Shown: positions 41,975 to 52,913, counted from the stretch's first letter. The stretch: DNA of 64,000 nt from Pseudomonadota bacterium (GCA_043827005.1 JBDRPM010000028.1:27006-91005), one strand, 5' to 3'. Notes: generated by a model from the sequence alone, not told the origin. Translations and numbers: made by a program.

Positions 41975-44900
41975 GATTGAATCTCTAAGCTTTCAAACAA
42001 GGGTTTATAAACCGTCAATGCATTGTCAACAAACCCGGATGCCAGCAAGGTGTCCGCACTGTCAAACAGGTCATTGTTTCCCATACAAAGCACATTGATC
42101 CGGTCCTGCTTTTCCCCGGTTTGAACCCTGTTGCCAGACCAGGTGTTCTTTATTTTTGACTGGTTCATGATTTCACAAATGCTGTCCACGCTGGTATCAA
42201 AATTTTTCCTGGCAAGCCCAAGAACAAACTGCCAGGCAGTTTCACAAAATAAAATAACCGGCTTTTTGCTGCCCTGACAAAACAGGCGAATCAGATTTTC
42301 AAAATAAAGCATTGCACCCGGCCCTGGATCATTGAACCCATAAACGGCCACAGGTTTTGTGTGGTCTGGATCACGACCGATCAAAATCGTTTTTTTCGGA
42401 TACCTGTCCGGTGCCAAAATCATATAAAAAAGATGCACAATCCATGCTGAAACCAGCCGGGATGCGTTAAGCCTGCCATAGGTTAAAACATATCGAGCAT
42501 TTTCTTTGATGTCCGACACATTGGCCTCAATTGTAATTCCAGAGATCTTTTGTTGAATCACAAGGGGTGGCAAATGATGTTCATTGAACACCTGTCTTGC
42601 TTTTTCTATCACAGGAAAGGCGTTCTGCTTGATTCTTTCATACTCCATTCGCCCTTTTTCACCAAAGGGAAGCTTGCCCATGGCCTTAAAAAAAGGATAC
42701 AGGTCGATATCTTTTGTTTGATCCATAAATTTTTCAAGCAGACAAGTCCCCAAAAGATAGTGCTCAAGCCCGCTAATTGAAAACGATTCTCTGTCTTCCT
42801 GCACGTCAGTCAGTTCAGGGATCTGAAGGTTCAAACCATCCTGTACCCAGGTTTTTAACGGATGTTTATAAAATCGGATAATGTCATCCAGGGGTATGGT
42901 CTCCTGAGTTAATATGCCTGGAGTTAAGATGTCCGGCTTAATCTGGCCCGGAATTTTTACCGATTGAACGTCATTGCCATTTTCCATGATCTGATTTTGA
43001 ACAAAGGCAGGTAACACCTTGCCGACCTGAAAAAGAGACCGGGCAATACACAAATTGTCCCTTGAATAGGATCGAAGACAAGCCCCTTTAAGATAATAGC
43101 TTTCATCAAAGGGAGCAAGCGGGTGAAAGCAATGAATATCACGTTCCTTTGAAAACTTAAAACTCTGGTCAATGGTTTGTGCCAGTTCACTGACCACACC
43201 CGAACAGGGGATTAACGAATTATCCTTTATGCTCATGCCGGTATAGGTAATGATGAACTTTGAGCGGGCTGACAAAAGCGATTCAAGGAACAGATACCGG
43301 TCCTCGTTTCGATCAATCTTATCTCCTGGCCAGGGATATTTTTTGATCAGGTCAAATCCCGGACCAAAGGTCTTCCTGGGAAACGATTTTTCATCCATCC
43401 CCATGAGTACCACGATTTTAAAGGGAATACTTCGCATGGGCATGATATTGCAAAAAGTGATTTTTCCGGCCATAAAATTACCATAAGCAATGGAAAGATC
43501 CAGTTTCTGCTCAACAAGAGAAAATATGATATCTGACGAAAGCGTGTCTGAGAACTCTGCAATGGCTGCATCATCGCCTATCTGATCAATGGTCTGAAAT
43601 AAAAAATTAAAATCTTCTGAATTCTGATCATTGTGTTCCATCAGGGAACGAACCAGTGTTTTTAGTTCCCAACACCATTGTTCAATGGTCAGATCTTTGG
43701 TAATGGCATCCATACGGGTAAAAAGACAATTGCAAAAATCAGCAAATTTGCCCAGAATTTCGAGTTCAAGCCCTTCAAGACTCTGACAAGGCAAAAATCC
43801 TGCCACAAGCTCATCCCATCCCTCAGCCATGGCCATACCCATAAAAAGACGTCCCAGTCCAAATTCCCAGGTATTTTCTTCAAACCCGGGCAAACCCAGA
43901 CTCTTTCTATGATCAGCATTTTTCCCCCATAAAATACCGGCATCCGTCACCATCTGTTCAATTTTGGATATTTCATCCGATGTGATCCCAAATTTTTGTG
44001 CAATGGGCTCAGACAATAAAAGGTCAAGCACCTGCCCCCGCTCAAACCGTGAGTTTTTTAAGGCCAGCAATTTTAAAAAAGCCTTCAAAAGTTCTGATCC
44101 AGATTTATTTTTGCGATCCGATATGGCAAAGGGCAATGCATTTTCAAGGGTAAACGTTGATTCAATAAAGGGTGCGTATGCCTCGATATCCGGCATCATG
44201 ACAATCACGTCATGGGGAGCAAGATCTGGATGATGTTCAAATTCATCCAACAACAGATCCTTTAGCACCTGGGTTTCTCTCATGGGAGAATGGCAGGCAT
44301 GGATTTGAACAGAACGATCCGGATCCGATATCAATATGGGTTTGTTGTCGCTGTCTTGTTTGCGATGAATCAGATTCAAAATATCAGACTGAAGACAGTT
44401 GAGCATACAACAATCCTCAGTCAGCTTGTTACCCGGTTCCTGGGTTATTGGATCGCAAAACAAATCCAGGCCCGGTTCACTATAATCAAAGGCTTCAAGA
44501 AGCGAACAAAACGTCTTGACAGACGTTCCCAAAGACGAAAGCAGCGGATTTGTCATTTCATAATACAGGCCTTGAGGATCAATTCCAGGCTCTGCGTTCA
44601 AGGCAATTTTATCCAGTTGCCTTGATGATTGTATATCAAAAAAATACTGGTTTGAGGGCACCAGAAGAAAAAGATGAATGTCCATTACAGCGGATATTTT
44701 TTCAAACACCTGTAAAAACTGAACCGGCAGCGACGATACCCCAAACAACGACATTCGTTCGGGAAGATGATGTCTGATCATTTTTTCAGGTAAAAACAGA
44801 TCCAGAAACATCCTGATATCAAAGGCCAGATGATGAGGCATTTTCAGATTAATTGTTTTCCACAGTTCTGCCTGCCACACTGCCATGGGATCATTCATCC

Positions 44901-45396
44901 TGGAATGTACTTTTCCCTGTTGCCAGTCCAGCAGCATTTCAGGCCGATAAATCTGATAATCATCAAACACTCCGGCCATTTTTAAAGCAAGCTGGAATAG
45001 TTTTTTACCCGTGGTATCTGATTTGATATAATCAGCAATACCAGCCAACGATCCTGTTTTGGCAGGTTGTTTAATTTGTTTTAAAATTGACCAGAAAAGC
45101 TGATCCTGATTTACGCCTTCACTGTGAACGGCCTGCTCTTTTAACGTTTGCAAAGGTTCAAACCCGGCCAGAACATAATCCACCATCTGTCTTGGAAATA
45201 CAAACTTTGTATTTGCACAGACCCCTAAATGCTGGGCAACCTGAAGCGTGATCCATTGCTGCATCCCCTTGGACTGAACACCAATCCACTCAGGTTGCAT
45301 GGGATCATCCGGGACCTGCTGCAATACACAGACCAGTGCCGCCATCAGATTTTCCATTTGATTGCTTTTAAAGATGTTGAACAAATTTGACTCCAA
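41971..45396 (-). CDS. recC: Exodeoxyribonuclease V gamma subunit
   Basis: FDDYQIYRP, NPLLSSLG, LQSDIL, HACHSPMRE, PMRSIPF, EDRYLFLE; overlaps recB start. Confidence 0.93.
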   Translation of the reverse strand: MESNLFNIFKSNQMENLMAALVCVLQQVPDDPMQPEWIGVQSKGMQQWITLQVAQHLGVCANTKFVFPRQMVDYVLAGFEPLQTLKEQAVHSEGVNQDQLFWSILKQIKQPAKTGSLAGIADYIKSDTTGKKLFQLALKMAGVFDDYQIYRPEMLLDWQQGKVHSRMNDPMAVWQAELWKTINLKMPHHLAFDIRMFLDLFLPEKMIRHHLPERMSLFGVSSLPVQFLQVFEKISAVMDIHLFLLVPSNQYFFDIQSSRQLDKIALNAEPGIDPQGLYYEMTNPLLSSLGTSVKTFCSLLEAFDYSEPGLDLFCDPITQEPGNKLTEDCCMLNCLQSDILNLIHRKQDSDNKPILISDPDRSVQIHACHSPMRETQVLKDLLLDEFEHHPDLAPHDVIVMMPDIEAYAPFIESTFTLENALPFAISDRKNKSGSELLKAFLKLLALKNSRFERGQVLDLLLSEPIAQKFGITSDEISKIEQMVTDAGILWGKNADHRKSLGLPGFEENTWEFGLGRLFMGMAMAEGWDELVAGFLPCQSLEGLELEILGKFADFCNCLFTRMDAITKDLTIEQWCWELKTLVRSLMEHNDQNSEDFNFLFQTIDQIGDDAAIAEFSDTLSSDIIFSLVEQKLDLSIAYGNFMAGKITFCNIMPMRSIPFKIVVLMGMDEKSFPRKTFGPGFDLIKKYPWPGDKIDRNEDRYLFLESLLSARSKFIITYTGMSIKDNSLIPCSGVVSELAQTIDQSFKFSKERDIHCFHPLAPFDESYYLKGACLRSYSRDNLCIARSLFQVGKVLPAFVQNQIMENGNDVQSVKIPGQIKPDILTPGILTQETIPLDDIIRFYKHPLKTWVQDGLNLQIPELTDVQEDRESFSISGLEHYLLGTCLLEKFMDQTKDIDLYPFFKAMGKLPFGEKGRMEYERIKQNAFPVIEKARQVFNEHHLPPLVIQQKISGITIEANVSDIKENARYVLTYGRLNASRLVSAWIVHLFYMILAPDRYPKKTILIGRDPDHTKPVAVYGFNDPGPGAMLYFENLIRLFCQGSKKPVILFCETAWQFVLGLARKNFDTSVDSICEIMNQSKIKNTWSGNRVQTGEKQDRINVLCMGNNDLFDSADTLLASGFVDNALTVYKPLFESLEIQS

Positions 45397-45406
45397 CGAG
45401 CATTAA

Positions 45407-46264
45407 TCAGTAAATTTTTCTTTTTGAAAACCCTTTTCCAAGGACATTAAAGGTGCTTCCAGTGATTAAAAACGCATCAGGATCAATGGCAAACGCGATT
45501 TCTTCCACCCGTTTGATCTGATAATTGTTCACAACCACCAGAACGATATCCTTTGCATTGCCGGTATATGCGCCTTCCCCTTTTACAAAGGTTACCCCGC
45601 GTTTGAGCTTGTTTATGATTTCATTTGCAATCTTTTTTGGATGATTTGCAATGATGAAAATCATTTTTCTCTCATTAAACAATGTCATGAAATATTCAAG
45701 CACCTGAGAGGTGATAAAGCTTGTGGCCATGGAGTATAGAATCATGTCTGTATCCAGCAAACCAAAGCTGAAGAAAAACAAAATAAAATTAAAAAGAAAA
45801 TTATAAGTTCCAATACGAATACCAAACCTCTGGTTGAGCATAACCGATATGATATCATTCCCCCCGGCAGACCCCAGAGAGCGGAAAACAATACCGGCAC
45901 CGGCGCCGATGATCGTCCCGCCGGCCAGCGCAGCCAGCATCAAATCCTTGACCTGAATCTCAAACTGAACCAGATCAATCACAAGGGTCAAAATAATGGT
46001 CCCGTACAGGCTGTATAATAAGAACCGCCGGCTGATAAACACCCATCCAAAAATAAAAACAGGGATATTGAAAATAAAATACCAGATTCCGGGTGTCAAA
46101 GCCTTTGTATAGTAATAAATCAAAATACCGGCACCGGAAAAACCACCGGTAATCATGCCATTTGGAATCACCACAGCTTTCAGTCCGATGCCGACAATAA
46201 TACTGCCCACGGTAATTAAAAACAGATTCCAGGGAATTGAATAGCTGATTTTCTGAAAATTCAT
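45407..46264 (-). CDS. YitT family membrane protein
   Basis: TGGFSG, FNIP, GSAGG.DI, RGVT...GEGAYT, IDPDAF. Confidence 0.88.
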   Translation of the reverse strand: MNFQKISYSIPWNLFLITVGSIIVGIGLKAVVIPNGMITGGFSGAGILIYYYTKALTPGIWYFIFNIPVFIFGWVFISRRFLLYSLYGTIILTLVIDLVQFEIQVKDLMLAALAGGTIIGAGAGIVFRSLGSAGGNDIISVMLNQRFGIRIGTYNFLFNFILFFFSFGLLDTDMILYSMATSFITSQVLEYFMTLFNERKMIFIIANHPKKIANEIINKLKRGVTFVKGEGAYTGNAKDIVLVVVNNYQIKRVEEIAFAIDPDAFLITGSTFNVLGKGFSKRKIY

Positions 46265-46423
46265 GTAACCTTCCTCATCGTGAAAAGATATGGGCCAAAT
46301 TAAACCGCAACAAAAAATATTGAATGTCAAGCACCATACCAAACCCTGTAGAACCAATCAAATGGATTTAATCAGTTTTCCCGCAATTGTGACGGCATGG
46401 AGAACCTCAAATACTGCAGGGAT

Positions 46424-47551
46424 TTATTTTTCAAAAGGAAAACGATAGTTCAATTTGAAGCGATCCCTGAGTCCTGTCATCTGGGCTTGAAGGGCGGCAG
46501 GAACCGGACATCCATGGACTTTTCGATATTGCCATGCAATCCATTCTTTTTCCCCGGCCGTATAAATATGATCCTGGCCCGGCGCTTTTCTGGATGCGCG
46601 CAACTCCCGCATGATATCCCCGGCATCTTTCTTAAACCGATCCAGTTCGACAAATTCTTCAATATCAATGGCAATGAAAAAATGGCCCAGCTGAATGGGA
46701 ATTTTTTTGCCTGAAGCATCAATTTCATTGATCTGTTTTAAAAAATTATTTCCCTGCAGGGCTGCGCAAAGGACTTCAACAACAGTGGCGTATCCATATC
46801 CTTTATATCCGCCAGTGTCCTCTCCGATGCCGCCAAGAGGTGTCAGTGCAGCCTTTCCTTTTGTCAGATCCTCAAGCACCTGAGCGGTATCAGTCCTGGT
46901 TTGGCCATCCAGGCCGATCACCCATCCTTGGGGCAGTTGCTTTTTTGCCCTGCCGTAAACTTCGATTTTGCCCCGCTGAGAAACCGATGTGGCGCAATCC
47001 AGAACAAAGGGAAAAGCTTCATCCGTAGGGAATCCAATTGTAAACGGGTTGGTCCCTAGCATGTTTTCAACACCAAAGGTGGGGGCGATGGATGGTCTGG
47101 CATTTGTGCCGTTCATGCTGATCATCCCGGCGTCTGCTGCCATCAACGCATAATAGCCGGCAATGCCGTAGTGAGTTGAATTCCGAACAGCCACCATGCC
47201 CATGCCATGGGCTTTTGCCTTGTCCATTGCCATCTGCATGGCTTTTTGGGCGATCACATGCCCCATGCCATTGTTACCATCCAGCACGGCCGTGGTTTTT
47301 TTGTTGTTCACTGTGGTGATGTTCGTAATCGGATTGAGAATGCCGGCATCAATTCTGTCAATGTAAATAGATTTTAACCGGCCAATGCCATGGGAATCAA
47401 TGCCGCGTTTGTCTGATGTGATCAGCACATCACTGATAACACCTGCATCTTCTTCTGGAACGCCGCTTGCCATCAGCACATCTTTCATAAACCGTTCAAG
47501 AACGTCAAATTCCATCCATGAGCAATCTGTATATGCATCTTCATATGCCAT
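46424..47551 (-). CDS. Ldh_2 family (malate/L-lactate/sulfolactate dehydrogenase-like) oxidoreductase
   Basis: RGIDSHG, RNSTHYG, GTNP, DCATS, GYKGYG. Confidence 0.88.
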   Translation of the reverse strand: MAYEDAYTDCSWMEFDVLERFMKDVLMASGVPEEDAGVISDVLITSDKRGIDSHGIGRLKSIYIDRIDAGILNPITNITTVNNKKTTAVLDGNNGMGHVIAQKAMQMAMDKAKAHGMGMVAVRNSTHYGIAGYYALMAADAGMISMNGTNARPSIAPTFGVENMLGTNPFTIGFPTDEAFPFVLDCATSVSQRGKIEVYGRAKKQLPQGWVIGLDGQTRTDTAQVLEDLTKGKAALTPLGGIGEDTGGYKGYGYATVVEVLCAALQGNNFLKQINEIDASGKKIPIQLGHFFIAIDIEEFVELDRFKKDAGDIMRELRASRKAPGQDHIYTAGEKEWIAWQYRKVHGCPVPAALQAQMTGLRDRFKLNYRFPFEK

Positions 47552-48088
47552 TATTTTTTCCTCCAGCAGTTAATGATTAAAAAACAACCAATTCCCTTAT
47601 TTATTAGAACATTTTTTATCTTTTAACCTATACCATATTTTCGCTTCTTTGGTATTTTTTTTATGTTCATTGCAGCTTGTCAAAAATAAAGCCAAAGGTA
47701 GATGTATCTTAACCAGCACCCCGTATTTTACCCTTGTTTTATAAAAGATGCTGATACTTGCCAAAACAATAATTAAATCTTTTATTTTCAGTTGGATAGA
47801 AAATGTCAAGTATTTAGGGCACTTTCCTAAAACAAACCAATACCGACCAAAAAAAACAGCAAAAACGCATCGATTTTTCTGGACTTGATCCATTGTTCAT
47901 GGCATAAAAAAAGAAAATGTTTGCCACGGATGAACAACAGAACCAGAGTTAATTTTCCTGAATATCGAAATTCTGACCGATACCGCATCTACCCGCTGGC
48001 AACAAACAGATTAAGACCAACAAACCAGTTAATTTTTACCTGCCATATCTGCTAAAATATACCGTATGGCTTATACAAGGAGGGATGC

Positions 48089-49816
48089 ATGGGAAAACTA
48101 TTAAGAATCAATACCCGGGAAAAGACCTTTTCTTTTGAAACCACACCTGACGTGTATGCCGGTCTTGGCGGCCGGGCACTCACTTCAAAAATAATTTTGG
48201 ATGAAGTGCCGGCAACCTGCCACCCACTGGGAAAATCAAACAAACTGATATTCGCACCCGGTATTCTTGCAGGATCACCAGCTGCTGACTCCGGACGATT
48301 GTCTGCTGGAGCCAAATCGCCTTTAACCGGTGGCATTAAAGAAAGCAATGCCGGCGGCCTGGTATCCCAGAAACTTGCCAGACTTGGAATTACAGCCATT
48401 GTCCTGGAAGATAAACCCACCTCTGATGATTACAGCATGGTTGTCATCAACAAGGACGGGGTCAAAATCATCCCGGCCACAGATCTGGTTGGCAAAGGCA
48501 ATTACGCAGTCATGGAATCTTTGTGGGATCAATATGGCAAAAACACGGGCATATTAAGCATTGGCCAGGCAGGCGAACAATGTTTAAAAGGGGCCAGTAT
48601 CCAACAGGCTGATATGAACGGAAGACCTGGCCGGGCCCATGGAAGAGGCGGCCTTGGTGCGGTCATGGGGTCTAAAAAGATCAAGGCCATCGTTGTTGAT
48701 GATAAAGGGGCTGACCGGGTTGCTGTCAAAGATCCTGAAGCGTTTAAAACGGCCAATAAAAGATGGGTGGAAATGCTCAAAAATCATCCGGTCACAGGCC
48801 AGGGCCTTCCCGCACTGGGAACAGCCGTCCTGGTCAATGTCATCAATGAAGCCGGCACCCTTCCCACCAAAAATTTCAGATCCGGCCGATTTGAGCATGC
48901 CCAGGCCATCAGTGGTGAAGCCATGGCGGAAACCATTGAAAAAAGAGGGGGGATCACAACCGAAGCCTGCCACCCCGGCTGCGTCATAAAATGCTCCAAT
49001 GTCTATCATGATGCAGCAGGCAAAGTCCTGACCACCGGGTTTGAGTATGAAACCATCTGGGCTTTTGGTGCCAATACCACCATCAAAGACCTGGATGATA
49101 TTGCCATGCTTGACCGGCTGTGTGATGATTTGGGTCTGGATACCATTGAAATGGGAGTTACCATCGGAATTGCCATGGAAGGCGGCATGATTCCCTGGGG
49201 AGACGGCAAAGCAGCCATTGATCTGCTGTCCAAGATCGGTGAATACGCTGTTGAAGGAAAAATCATTGGAAACGGTGCATCATTCACCGGTGCTGCACTG
49301 GGAGTAGACAGGATTCCTGTGGTCAAAAACCAGGCACTGCCGGCCTATGACCCACGATCATGCAAAGGGGTTGGTGTCACCTTTGCCACATCTCCCATGG
49401 GTGCAGACCATACCGCCGGTTATGGTGTAACTGCAAATATCCTTGGGGTTGGCGGCACCGTGGACCCGCTTAAAAAAGCCGGCAACATTGAATTATCCCA
49501 GGGCCTTCAGATTGCCACCGCAGCGATTGATGCAGCCGGGCTATGCCTGTTTGTCGCATTTGCCGTACTTGATAATGAAGACGGACTTCCCACAATTGTC
49601 AGCATGATCAATGCCCAGCATGGTCTAACCCTTACACCCGATGATGTCATGGCCCTTGGAAAATCCATCCTGAACAATGAACGCGAATTTAACACTCGCG
49701 CCGGGTTCACAAAAATTGATGACCAACTGCCGGAAATGTTTAATGAAACTTTTCCTCCCCATAACACCACATGGGAATTTACAACTGATGAATTATCCAA
49801 AGCTTTAGCGTTTTAG
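48089..49816 (+). CDS. aor: Tungsten-type aldehyde:ferredoxin oxidoreductase
   Basis: KSPLTGGIKESNAGG, GRGGLGAVMGSK, CHPGCVIKC, EYET, CDDLGLDTI, AYDPR, GADHT, GLCLF. Confidence 0.92.
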   Translation: MGKLLRINTREKTFSFETTPDVYAGLGGRALTSKIILDEVPATCHPLGKSNKLIFAPGILAGSPAADSGRLSAGAKSPLTGGIKESNAGGLVSQKLARLGITAIVLEDKPTSDDYSMVVINKDGVKIIPATDLVGKGNYAVMESLWDQYGKNTGILSIGQAGEQCLKGASIQQADMNGRPGRAHGRGGLGAVMGSKKIKAIVVDDKGADRVAVKDPEAFKTANKRWVEMLKNHPVTGQGLPALGTAVLVNVINEAGTLPTKNFRSGRFEHAQAISGEAMAETIEKRGGITTEACHPGCVIKCSNVYHDAAGKVLTTGFEYETIWAFGANTTIKDLDDIAMLDRLCDDLGLDTIEMGVTIGIAMEGGMIPWGDGKAAIDLLSKIGEYAVEGKIIGNGASFTGAALGVDRIPVVKNQALPAYDPRSCKGVGVTFATSPMGADHTAGYGVTANILGVGGTVDPLKKAGNIELSQGLQIATAAIDAAGLCLFVAFAVLDNEDGLPTIVSMINAQHGLTLTPDDVMALGKSILNNEREFNTRAGFTKIDDQLPEMFNETFPPHNTTWEFTTDELSKALAF

Positions 49817-49832
49817 CCCAACGATTATACCC

Positions 49833-49880
49833 TCCCCCAGGCAGTCAAATTTTTGTTCTGCCTGGGGGAACATTTTTTTT
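49833..49880 (+). terminator. Terminator-like hairpin after aor
   Basis: TCCCCCAGGCAG..CTGCCTGGGGGA, then ACA and a T-tract. Confidence 0.65.
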
Positions 49881-49969
49881 AAAGGACAGACAACATATCG
49901 AAAGAAATATTGATTAGGGTTTACTCAAAAATAAATTAGGACCGCAGATGAAAAAAGGGAACCCAGCAA

Positions 49970-50257
49970 ATGGCTGTCATTACATTTAACGCTTTTTCAT
50001 TCTTACAAAAAAAATTACGCGAAAAAGGCATTCAATATGCCAATGTCCAGATGACCATTGAACCGGGGATTTGTGCAAGCGATTTAATTCATCTGGTACA
50101 ACTGGATGCCCATGAAGTTGAAGCGGTTTTTATCAATGGCCTTGTGGCCCCGGTTGATACCATTCTTAAGGACGGGGACCGGGTGGCCCTCATACCGCCT
50201 GGCACACCAGGACCTTACCGGGTATTGCTCGGGTTTAAAAACAAGAAGAACAATTAA
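49970..50257 (+). CDS. MoaD/ThiS-like ubiquitin-fold protein lacking C-terminal GG
   Basis: VFING..LKDGDRVALIPP followed by GTPGPYRVLLG extension. Confidence 0.8.
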   Translation: MAVITFNAFSFLQKKLREKGIQYANVQMTIEPGICASDLIHLVQLDAHEVEAVFINGLVAPVDTILKDGDRVALIPPGTPGPYRVLLGFKNKKNN

Positions 50258-50301
50258 GGAGGATGGATTCAGACCCAATCAAGTTAATTCCATCACTTGA
50301 C

Positions 50302-50532
50302 CTATCCGCCTCCCACTGGCGGGAATAGTCCAACCCGATCACCTGCCTGCAAAACATAATTGGATTCCTGACGTCTGCCATTAACAAAAATCAACTTAAC
50401 CAGGTCTGGGGGAATCCCCAGATCAGTGATCAATTCTTCCACGGTCTTGCCGTCCGCAATCTCATACGCTTGAGCTGTTTGCGGAAGGAACCGGGATAAA
50501 GTAACAAATAATTTGAGTTCAATTTTTATCAT
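50302..50532 (-). CDS. MoaD/ThiS sulfur carrier
   Basis: FVNGR..LQAGDRVGLFPPVGGG with C-terminal diglycine. Confidence 0.9.
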   Translation of the reverse strand: MIKIELKLFVTLSRFLPQTAQAYEIADGKTVEELITDLGIPPDLVKLIFVNGRRQESNYVLQAGDRVGLFPPVGGG

Positions 50533-50620
50533 TTGCCAGATCAACTCTTGTTCCATGAAACCTGTAAAAACCGGATTTCACACACACCCTGGTGTGTGAA
50601 GCCCGAAACGATGCATAAGA

Positions 50621-52393
50621 TCATGCACATTTTGAAATAGACATCCGACGGGATTTAACCCAGGTCTGTTTCAACAGGTGAAAAATATTATTTGGCATTC
50701 CAAAAGGAAGGTCCACAAAAGAATAATCCTGGTTGATTCTGATAGACCCGATAAATCTGCCTTCAAGCCCGGCTTCATTGGAAATCGCTCCCACAACATC
50801 TCCCGGCTGAAGACCATGTTTTTGACCCACCTCAATGCGATATCGTTCCATGCCTTCTTTGATGGGCGCATCATCCATGGGTGCTGCTGACTTGGCAGCA
50901 ATCTTTTTCTCTTTTTTTACAGGTTTTTCTTTTATGGAAAGATTTTTTTTGCTGTCAACAGGCTTTCGGACTGTTTTGGGTTTGGCAGCTTTTTCCCGGA
51001 TCGTTTCCAGGGTGGTTACCGAACTCTTTTCCCTGGCCGTTACTTTGGCTTTTGCTCTGCCTTTACTGGGCGGCAGCAAAAAGGGTTTGTTACCATGGGT
51101 TAATTTTGCAATGGCAGCCGCAACCTGGACAACCGGGACATCTTGTTCTTCAGCATACGTTTGAACCAGGTCTGTAAAAAAATCAAGATCTTCTGAAGCC
51201 ATGGCCTGGGTTATGGATTGTTTGAAATCTGCCACCCTTTTTTTATTAATATCCTGATTGGAAGGCAAAAAGATCTCTTTAATTGTCTGGCGGGTAGCCC
51301 GTTCTATATTCTTGAGCATCCATCGTTCATTTCGTCCGACAAAAAGGATCGCTTCACCTGTACGTCCTGCCCGACCGGTTCTGCCGATCCGATGAATATA
51401 CGGCTCAATTTTAGGCGGCATGTCATAATTGATAACATGAGAAATCCGGTCCACATCCAGACCTCTGGCTGCCACATCCGTGGCAACAAGGATATCAATC
51501 TGACCGTTTTTCAGTCGGTTAATCGTTCGTTCCCTTGCAGCCTGGGCGATCTCACCGTTCAATGCTTCTGCTTTTAGCCCTCTTTCTTCCAGAACTTTGG
51601 TAATTTCAACTGTTGCAGTTCTTGTTTTCGCAAAAACAATCACACCATCATAAGTTGTCGCTTCCAGTATCCGGATCAAGGCTTCTGTTTTTTTAGTCCC
51701 ATCATACACCCAGAACTGCTGGTGAATGGTGCTCAACACATCAGTATCCGGCTGGACCAGAATCTCTTCAGGATTTTTCAGATATTTTCCGGCAATCTTT
51801 CGAATGGGTGCCGGCATGGTCGCTGAAAAAAGAGCGATCTGGGCTTCATCCGGTGTTTTTTCCAGTATCCATTCCACATCTTCAATAAATCCCATGTGAA
51901 GCATTTCATCGGCTTCATCCAGAACAACACAAAAAAGATCGGCAAAAGTAACCGTTTTTCTGCGCATATGATCCATCAAACGACCCGGAGTTCCCACCAC
52001 AACATGAACACCACGTTTTAGCTGTTTGAGCTGAACTTCATAACTTTGACCGCCATAAACAGACAGAACATTCAAGCCCTTCATTTTTGAGCCATAGGTT
52101 TTAAAGGATTCAGCAACCTGAATGGCCAGTTCCCGGGTCGGTGTCAGCACCAATACCTGGGGGCGATTGTTTTCAAGGTCGATGCGGGAGAGCAATGGCA
52201 GTGCAAACGCTGCAGTCTTGCCTGTGCCGGTTCTTGCCTGGCCCAGCAGATCTTTGTTCTCCATAATATGGGGAATGGTCAATGATTGAATGGGGGTGGG
52301 TGTTTCATAACCGACGTCCTGTAACGCAGCAAATACAGCCGGGCTAAGGTTCATTTCGTCGAACCGGGTGTTGGATAAAATTTTCTGGGACAT
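50621..52393 (-). CDS. deaD: DEAD-box RNA helicase with DbpA-type RNA-binding domain (DeaD/CsdA)
   Basis: Q motif, ARTGTGKT, PTRELA, DEAD, SAT, ARGLD, HRIGRTGR; C-terminal YRIEVG..GAI.NE. Confidence 0.9.
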   Translation of the reverse strand: MSQKILSNTRFDEMNLSPAVFAALQDVGYETPTPIQSLTIPHIMENKDLLGQARTGTGKTAAFALPLLSRIDLENNRPQVLVLTPTRELAIQVAESFKTYGSKMKGLNVLSVYGGQSYEVQLKQLKRGVHVVVGTPGRLMDHMRRKTVTFADLFCVVLDEADEMLHMGFIEDVEWILEKTPDEAQIALFSATMPAPIRKIAGKYLKNPEEILVQPDTDVLSTIHQQFWVYDGTKKTEALIRILEATTYDGVIVFAKTRTATVEITKVLEERGLKAEALNGEIAQAARERTINRLKNGQIDILVATDVAARGLDVDRISHVINYDMPPKIEPYIHRIGRTGRAGRTGEAILFVGRNERWMLKNIERATRQTIKEIFLPSNQDINKKRVADFKQSITQAMASEDLDFFTDLVQTYAEEQDVPVVQVAAAIAKLTHGNKPFLLPPSKGRAKAKVTAREKSSVTTLETIREKAAKPKTVRKPVDSKKNLSIKEKPVKKEKKIAAKSAAPMDDAPIKEGMERYRIEVGQKHGLQPGDVVGAISNEAGLEGRFIGSIRINQDYSFVDLPFGMPNNIFHLLKQTWVKSRRMSISKCA

Positions 52394-52565
52394 GTAGGAA
52401 TTCCTTAAAAGACAAAAAAATAGCTGGGAGAACCAGCGCGCAAATCAAAAAAAGGTATCTTACACTACTCCCCAAAAAAATACAAGTGCTATTTTTTTTA
52501 TTCAAAGATAGCACCTGATGATCGACAAGACTTGTCCTAGGCCTCACACAATGGGTTATCCCATA

Positions 52566-52913
52566 TCAGAATGTAATGATTTCATATCCGTTATCCCGAT
52601 AGGCTGCCATTCCGGGATGGCCGGACACATCGTCAAGAAGCCGCAGACCTTGAGCTTTTGCAGCATCAAGGGTTCCCAGTTTATTGGAACATGCCTTACA
52701 GACCCCTTCAACCAGACCAGCCTCAAGATTTTTTTTCCATAATCCGTTCAAGGGATTACCGGGATTCACCAGCTCTGGAATCAGTTTGACACTGGCCCCT
52801 TCCAGGATAATTTTTGCTTTGTGCCCTTTGGTTTTCATGTCCAGTGCGTTTAACAGCACATGGATGAAACACATTGGATCACCATTGAACACAAACAAGA
52901 CAAATTTTTTCAT
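52566..52913 (-). CDS. DsrE-family protein
   Basis: F.HVLLNALD, EGASV, VCKACS, GHP, C-terminal ITF. Confidence 0.8.
   Translation of the reverse strand: MKKFVLFVFNGDPMCFIHVLLNALDMKTKGHKAKIILEGASVKLIPELVNPGNPLNGLWKKNLEAGLVEGVCKACSNKLGTLDAAKAQGLRLLDDVSGHPGMAAYRDNGYEIITF

Noticed and set aside
47597-47893. 98-aa ORF between the Ldh_2 gene and aor
   Set aside because: AT-rich divergent promoter DNA with no protein-like features.
47900-48060. Sigma-54 promoter or Moco/tungsten riboswitch upstream of aor
   Set aside because: TGGCA boxes lack a correctly spaced GC; only weak pairing (TTGCCA/TGGCAA) and an imperfect GTTAATTTT repeat, with no recognisable riboswitch core.
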